Shown here piece by piece: positions 58,577 through 64,000 of a stretch of DNA of 64,000 nt. The position numbers and the translations under genes were made by a program. The notes beneath the pieces were generated by a model that saw nothing but the letters and a program-made list of their open reading frames with translations, searched no databases and was not told where the DNA came from. Source of the stretch: a virus. Lineage: Duplodnaviria > Caudoviricetes. Location: positions 2,131-66,130 of IMG/VR virus record IMGVR_UViG_3300044630_000280; one strand, given 5' to 3'. The stretch's first letter is position 1; each line of letters starts with the position of its first letter.

Positions 58577-59757
58577 ACAGGGAAGAACGTAAGGTCAAGA
58601 AGGTCAAGATCAGTCTAATGCGTGAGCCTAAGTTTGCATTGTGGCAGGGCGCAATGATGATCGGCAAGACTAGCATCGAGGACGATATACCTACGGCTGC
58701 AACCAACGGTCGTGATGAGTTCTATGGGCGGGAGTTTGTTAAGGACTTGACCGAGAAGGAACTGGCATTCGTTGTTCTTCACGAATGTATGCACAAAATT
58801 TACCGGCACTTAACTACGTGGCGAAAGCTGTACGACGAGGACAAATACCTAGCTAACGCAGCTTGTGACTACGTTATTAACCTTGAGCTATTCGACATGG
58901 ACAAGGAAGGCAAGTATATCGCTAGACCTATTAAGAACGGCAAGCCGATAGGTTTACTTGATGAGAAGTATCGTGGCATGAACACCAAGCAAGTCTATGA
59001 CCTACTTAAGCAGCAGCAAGAAGAAGGCGGGGACTGTGGTTGTAACTTTGACGAGCATGACTGGGACGGTGCTGAGAACATGACCGATGCCGAGAAGAAA
59101 GAGTTGTACAAGGAAGTCGAGCAAGCTATACGGCAAGGCGCAATGACACACCAGAAACTTAATGGTAGTGGCGCAGGTGGTATGAGTCGTGAGCTAGGTG
59201 AGTTGCTTGAACCCAAAGTTAATTGGCGTGAGCAGCTACGTGAGTATGTTAAATCAATCTGTGCAGGAAAGGACGCATCATCATGGAGACGAGTAAACCG
59301 CAGGTACATTGGGCAAGACGTGTATATGCCCACGTTAATCAGCGAACGAGTAGGACACATAGTAATCGGGATAGATACAAGTGGGTCTATCGGGGGCAAG
59401 GAATTAAACGACTTCCTTTCTGAAGTCAAGGGTGTAGCTGAGGAAGTATCACCTGAGAAGGTTGACTTGTTGTATTGGGACGGGGAGGTAGCAGGACATG
59501 AAATGTACGATGCTGCAACGGTGGGTTCGATCATTGATTCTACTAAGCCAAAGGGTGGCGGTGGCACTTCACCTTCTTGTGTCAGCCAATATCTTAAAGA
59601 TAAGGGAATCAAACCAGAATGCACAATCATGCTCACCGATGGTTATGTTGGTTCGGATTGGGGTAGCGATTGGGAATCGCCAGTCCTCTGGGTTATCGTG
59701 GGTGGCAACACTGCCACAGCACCTAACGGCAAAACTATTCACATCAAGGGGAACTAA
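58564..59757 (+). CDS. Metallopeptidase plus VWA domain protein (DUF2201-like)
   Basis: TAATNG, LHECMH (HEXXH), NAACDYVIN; MIDAS DTSGS, GGGT, LTDG. Confidence 0.88.
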   Translation: MDSIDREERKVKKVKISLMREPKFALWQGAMMIGKTSIEDDIPTAATNGRDEFYGREFVKDLTEKELAFVVLHECMHKIYRHLTTWRKLYDEDKYLANAACDYVINLELFDMDKEGKYIARPIKNGKPIGLLDEKYRGMNTKQVYDLLKQQQEEGGDCGCNFDEHDWDGAENMTDAEKKELYKEVEQAIRQGAMTHQKLNGSGAGGMSRELGELLEPKVNWREQLREYVKSICAGKDASSWRRVNRRYIGQDVYMPTLISERVGHIVIGIDTSGSIGGKELNDFLSEVKGVAEEVSPEKVDLLYWDGEVAGHEMYDAATVGSIIDSTKPKGGGGTSPSCVSQYLKDKGIKPECTIMLTDGYVGSDWGSDWESPVLWVIVGGNTATAPNGKTIHIKGN

Positions 59758-59758
59758 G

Positions 59759-60007
59759 ATGAGCAAAGTCGTGGTAGAGATGGGCTATAAGTCATTCATT
59801 ATGGATACTAAAGATGGTGTAGCACTGATGGAAGTACTAGGTAAGGCTGAGATATACGAAGAGAAGTATCACAGAGATGAGGGAGCAACAGAGTCACGCT
59901 ATACATATCATGTGTACCCGATGGATGTTCGTAGTGGTATAGCTATGAGGTTGATGAGTGATGAGTTGTATAAGTTGTACAAGATAGCAGGTAAACCACA
60001 AGACTAA
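59759..60007 (+). CDS. Hypothetical early protein
   Basis: ATG follows the VWA stop. Confidence 0.7.
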   Translation: MSKVVVEMGYKSFIMDTKDGVALMEVLGKAEIYEEKYHRDEGATESRYTYHVYPMDVRSGIAMRLMSDELYKLYKIAGKPQD

Positions 60008-60031
60008 TTAAACACAACAAGGGATCTAATC

Positions 60032-60889
60032 ATGGGTATATCATCAAGCGCAGTATTGGTAGAGTTAAACGTATCTAACTGGGGTGCAAGTAAGTTAGAC
60101 CGTAACGTAGCAGATACGGTGAATGCAAATCACAACGCAGCACACGATGCAAGCAAGGTGTACAAGAATCTGACCGCAGGTTCGACACTATGTTCTGACA
60201 TCGGCAAGTACGCAGCAAAGATTCGTCTGTATCACAATGACATGACTATGCCGTGGGCATCCAAAGGTGCAAGGCTTCTACCTACGGGCTTAGTCTTAGA
60301 GTATAAGCAGCACATCAATAACATGAAGATCACATACGAAACAATGTGTAACAAGTTCTTCAATGAGTACCCGACAATCGTATCGAATGCACAGAATCAC
60401 TTAGGTGCATTGTTCAAAGCAGATGACTACCCAACGCTTGACGAGGTTAAGCATAAGTTTGGTTTCAAGATAGTGTTCTCGCCATTGCCTGAAGCAGGTG
60501 ACTGGAGATTAGATGTAGCTAACGAGGACTTGCGTGAGTTAGCCGCAAGCTATGAAGCAGACTTCAATGATCGCTTAGCCGAAGCAGTACGTGCCCCGTG
60601 GGATAAGTTGCACAAAGAATTAACAGCACTATCAACTAAGTTGAATGATGAGGGTGCTGACCCTGACAAGAAGAAACGCTATCACGACAGCTTGATTGAG
60701 AATCCTCAAGAGCTATGCCGTCTACTTACTCACTTAAATGTAACCAATGACCCTAAGTTAGAGGAAGCACGACGTGACTTAGAACGTGCGCTAGTAGGTG
60801 TAGATATCGAGGAGATCAAAGAGTACGAGACTGCACGTAGCGATGTGAAGAAGCGTGTCGATGCAATACTCGAGAAGTTCGATTGGTAA
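60032..60889 (+). CDS. Hypothetical protein (DUF3150-like)
   Basis: TMPW..KGARLLP...LGALF...DYP...LNVTNDP.L. Confidence 0.65.
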   Translation: MGISSSAVLVELNVSNWGASKLDRNVADTVNANHNAAHDASKVYKNLTAGSTLCSDIGKYAAKIRLYHNDMTMPWASKGARLLPTGLVLEYKQHINNMKITYETMCNKFFNEYPTIVSNAQNHLGALFKADDYPTLDEVKHKFGFKIVFSPLPEAGDWRLDVANEDLRELAASYEADFNDRLAEAVRAPWDKLHKELTALSTKLNDEGADPDKKKRYHDSLIENPQELCRLLTHLNVTNDPKLEEARRDLERALVGVDIEEIKEYETARSDVKKRVDAILEKFDW

Positions 60890-60912
60890 TGTGGAAGAAA
60901 AGGAGAGCTAAC

Positions 60913-61278
60913 ATGGGATACCGAAGCGATGTAGCAGCAGCTATATATACAAACGATGAAGAACACGTACCACTACTTAAGCTATGGCTAACAGCTAACT
61001 TCCCTATGAAACAGTTTGAGAAGAGTATGCGATGGTTCAAGTATGGGGTAGTAATTGAAGAGCATGATGTTAAATGGTATGACAGCTACGACGAGGTTAA
61101 GTTATTTAATGCAGCAGTTAGTAAGTTTGTAGAAGAGTTCTGTGGGGCTAAGGGAGCGTTCGATGGTGCGTATGAGTTCTTGCGTATAGGTGAGAGCGAG
61201 GATGACATAGAACATGAGTGTCATGGTGACTATGATTACTTACTTAGTTGTGAACGTTCAATTTGTATAGATGTTTAA
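60913..61278 (+). CDS. Hypothetical early protein
   Basis: MGYRSDV...VKWY...FLRIGE..DD. Confidence 0.7.
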   Translation: MGYRSDVAAAIYTNDEEHVPLLKLWLTANFPMKQFEKSMRWFKYGVVIEEHDVKWYDSYDEVKLFNAAVSKFVEEFCGAKGAFDGAYEFLRIGESEDDIEHECHGDYDYLLSCERSICIDV

Positions 61279-61289
61279 GGGAGAATAAC

Positions 61290-62171
61290 ATGAGCTATAG
61301 AAACAGTGGTATAAGCCGCTTGACTAACTATGCACAAGCGAAGGAATGGTATGAAGCAGTAGAGCCTATCAGAGGTAAAGGTAGTAACGCAGGTGTTAAG
61401 CCACTAGGACATCGTAACCGTCCGCACTTCCAAATACTCAAGGGGGCTGATGATGAGATCAAGTGTAGGTTATATCAGACTGATGTAGTTACGTTCTTTC
61501 CTGATGGTCGTATCTTTATTAAGGATGCAACCTATATCACACAAACCACAGCTAACTTTATTCAGGATGTATTGGGTATACGTGCAGCAGTACAAGATCA
61601 CGACATAGTAATTGGACTGCATGGTAATAGCTATCGCTTGCGTGATGGTATGGTGTTAGCACGTGATGAGTGTGGTTTGTTAAAGGTACTCAAGGTTGAT
61701 AAGGCTTATGTACACCAAGTTAATCGTAAGGCTATGAGTACACTACGTAAGAGTGTCAAAGACTTTATGAACTATCTCAACGGTAGCATCAAGGTACGAG
61801 ATAGAGGTTTGTTTAACGAGGAAGAGAAGATAGAGCTATTAAAGCATCTTAATCTACCTGACTATAGTTTTGGTCTTGCTTCCGTACCTACATGGCGCAA
61901 TGAGACAGATGAGTTGCGTAAAAGATTGGCGCAGTTCTTTGATATGGTTAAGAGTGGAGACATGGAGAACTGGTATAGGGCTTCTTGTTGGATGGCTTTC
62001 TCGCAATTCACGTGGATTAAAGAAATTTACCTAACACCAAAACTAGCTAAGACTACTATGGATAACTTCATAATGGCAGCGCATCCAGAAGCATTAATTA
62101 AAGTAGAAGTACCGGAAGGTACGGTTAAACGTGACCGCTACAGACTAGTAGCACTAATGAGTGGAGCTTAA
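61290..62171 (+). CDS. Hypothetical early protein
   Basis: AGGGAGAATAA RBS; long ORF. Confidence 0.75.
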   Translation: MSYRNSGISRLTNYAQAKEWYEAVEPIRGKGSNAGVKPLGHRNRPHFQILKGADDEIKCRLYQTDVVTFFPDGRIFIKDATYITQTTANFIQDVLGIRAAVQDHDIVIGLHGNSYRLRDGMVLARDECGLLKVLKVDKAYVHQVNRKAMSTLRKSVKDFMNYLNGSIKVRDRGLFNEEEKIELLKHLNLPDYSFGLASVPTWRNETDELRKRLAQFFDMVKSGDMENWYRASCWMAFSQFTWIKEIYLTPKLAKTTMDNFIMAAHPEALIKVEVPEGTVKRDRYRLVALMSGA

Positions 62172-62172
62172 C

Positions 62173-63033
62173 ATGGCATATAAATACCCGAATGTAAAGT
62201 CATCAAAATGGGATGTGGCGAAAGGTGAGCATATAGAAATAGACGTACATGAACACATGATGCCATTCATAGATGCCCTAGCCGTAAAGTATCCGCACTG
62301 GGAGTTTGTCTCCGCTAATATTAGATATACAGGCGAGGATAACAATACACCAAAAGCATGTAGCTTCAAAGTATTCAACGATGAGAACCCACGAGTAGAA
62401 ATAGGTGATGTTAAATCAAGCTACAAGTACGATAAGAATGGTAAGAACGTACCGTCGTATGTTGTGTACAACAGTAGGCTAGCAATGGACAGGGAGCGTG
62501 GGCATACATTTGAGACTATCAAGTTACCCCTAGCTATGAAAGCTGTAAATAAATACTTTAACCCTCCGCCCGTTGTAGAAGTACTTGAACATGTACTTGC
62601 ACTAGGTGTTGGGCAGTATAGACACGCAGTAGCCCACAAGGAAAGACTAGCACAAAATACAGAGTACCAGCTAGACGCATCGCAGAAGGCTTTCATTAGA
62701 GCTAATTGGGAGTCATACAAAGCTAGTGTTGATCCTACTACGTTAGAGGTAGTGGAGAGATATGAAACTCAGGTAGATGAATGTAGACGCATTGCTAATA
62801 TAGAAAACAATAATAATTTTTATGCAGTTGTCATACACAAAGATCAATATGTGGTATCCTTTAACGACAAGATAACTACCTACAATGTAAACACTATCCC
62901 GATTGAACTAAGAGCACAGCTAGGTTTACTTAAGTTAGTAGAGGAAGGTGACTTGTTAGAAGATGTAGGTGTACGTACCAAACAGGGTTTCCTAGTATTT
63001 TTACCTAAGGATAAGGAACATGAAGTGTCCTAA
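62173..63033 (+). CDS. Hypothetical early protein
   Basis: GGAGCT RBS; long ORF. Confidence 0.75.
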   Translation: MAYKYPNVKSSKWDVAKGEHIEIDVHEHMMPFIDALAVKYPHWEFVSANIRYTGEDNNTPKACSFKVFNDENPRVEIGDVKSSYKYDKNGKNVPSYVVYNSRLAMDRERGHTFETIKLPLAMKAVNKYFNPPPVVEVLEHVLALGVGQYRHAVAHKERLAQNTEYQLDASQKAFIRANWESYKASVDPTTLEVVERYETQVDECRRIANIENNNNFYAVVIHKDQYVVSFNDKITTYNVNTIPIELRAQLGLLKLVEEGDLLEDVGVRTKQGFLVFLPKDKEHEVS

Positions 63034-63340
63034 GTGTGGCGATGAGCATACTAAAGTAACGCAGACTGAGAAGCGTGGCACGGGGGTGTGGCGCAGACGC
63101 AAGTGCGTGGAGTGTAGTCTTAACTTCCAATCATTTGAGGATTTGTATACCCCCAAACAGCGGACACAGAAAGCACCTGTACTACCCAAGATGCATAGTG
63201 ATAAGAAGCAACCCGCAATGCCTAAGAAAGACAAAGAGCTAATCAAGAAACTTAAGACTGAGATTAGACATAAGAACGAAGATAGAAGAAACAAAGTATC
63301 AGACTACTATATCGAAGATGATTTCGACGATATTTATTAA
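63020..63340 (+). CDS. NrdR-type zinc-ribbon protein
   Basis: MKCPKCG...T.V......RRRKCVEC...F.SFE. Confidence 0.75.
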   Translation: MKCPKCGDEHTKVTQTEKRGTGVWRRRKCVECSLNFQSFEDLYTPKQRTQKAPVLPKMHSDKKQPAMPKKDKELIKKLKTEIRHKNEDRRNKVSDYYIEDDFDDIY

Positions 63341-63354
63341 CCAAAGGAGCTAAT

Positions 63355-63669
63355 ATGTTAACCCAGCAACAACAGATATTTTTACAAGGCGTAGCTAATC
63401 ACGGAGTAGAAGAGATCGACAAGGTAGTACGAGTACTGCGCCTAGCAACACCAGAGAAGTTCTTCCATGAGTTTAAGCGTAATGATGGTCGTGTCATCCC
63501 TGATGCCGCTATGAAAGAGCGTAAGTTCTTTGACCAACCTGCATCCCTTAGTGCAAAGAATGGTGACTATGCTAGCCACGAGGTAGACATAGTTGATGGG
63601 CATGAGCGTTCCGCAATACACGAAGCACGTTCAATCAAAATCTTACGTAGAGGGATGGGATACAAATGA
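63355..63669 (+). CDS. Hypothetical protein
   Basis: AAAGGAGCTAA RBS. Confidence 0.7.
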   Translation: MLTQQQQIFLQGVANHGVEEIDKVVRVLRLATPEKFFHEFKRNDGRVIPDAAMKERKFFDQPASLSAKNGDYASHEVDIVDGHERSAIHEARSIKILRRGMGYK

Positions 63670-64000
63670 ACGAAGAACTCGATACAGAGCTAGACCTTGA
63701 AGATGAAGATTTAGATGACAAGGAAGAGAAGCTATTCAACAAGGAGATAGAGAGACAAAAATCTTTAGCCCTTGAAGAATCTAAAGTTGCACGTGATGGG
63801 TTCATAGCGTGGTATCAAGAGACTATAGCTAAGGACGTAGCGTGGGAGCACCCTGCTACTAACTGGATGTACAACGCATGGATTGCATCACATGGTGTTA
63901 AGAAGTGGGAGTCGCAAGAGAGTATAGATAAACGCAACCAGAAGAGAACAAAGCAGAGGGAGACTGCTGCTAAGAACAAAGCACTAAGAGATAAACAATG
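63666..64000 (+). CDS. Partial hypothetical protein running off the window
   Basis: ATGA overlap; open to the window end (MNEELDTELDLEDEDL...). Confidence 0.6.
   Translation, partial: MNEELDTELDLEDEDLDDKEEKLFNKEIERQKSLALEESKVARDGFIAWYQETIAKDVAWEHPATNWMYNAWIASHGVKKWESQESIDKRNQKRTKQRETAAKNKALRDKQ

Noticed and set aside
1-64000. tRNAs, integrase, reverse transcriptase/DGR, alternative genetic code
   Set aside because: No cloverleaf or catalytic motifs recognised; core genes are intact under the standard code with all three stop codons used

Overview
The window holds most of a lytic-looking tailed dsDNA phage genome (podovirus-like; no integrase or RNA polymerase seen) in three blocks. (i) 1-9.8 kb, + strand, replication: family A DNA polymerase, PD-(D/E)XK nuclease, HNH, SNF2 helicase, putative SSB, primase-helicase. 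(ii) 9.9-53.9 kb, - strand, morphogenesis and lysis: terminases, portal, GroES, scaffold, major capsid, adaptors, many small tail-fibre/adhesin genes, holin and M15 endolysin, ejection proteins including a 2380-aa giant. (iii) 54.3-64 kb, + strand, early genes including a MoxR-like AAA+ ATPase and a metallopeptidase/VWA pair. The most striking signals are non-coding. An ~80-nt three-hairpin RNA at 9807-9886 has a loop (GUUAGCUCCUUUU) that is the reverse complement of an extended RBS (AAGGAGCTAAC) shared by many early genes but absent from the late-gene RBSs inspected, making it a candidate multi-target translational shut-off sRNA. There is also a complete type II hammerhead ribozyme after the first early gene, a ~450-nt structured early leader, a riboswitch-like pseudoknot inside the late operon, a four-hairpin leader, and a 12-copy TGTAAG box cluster. 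All family assignments are from motif recognition, not database searches.
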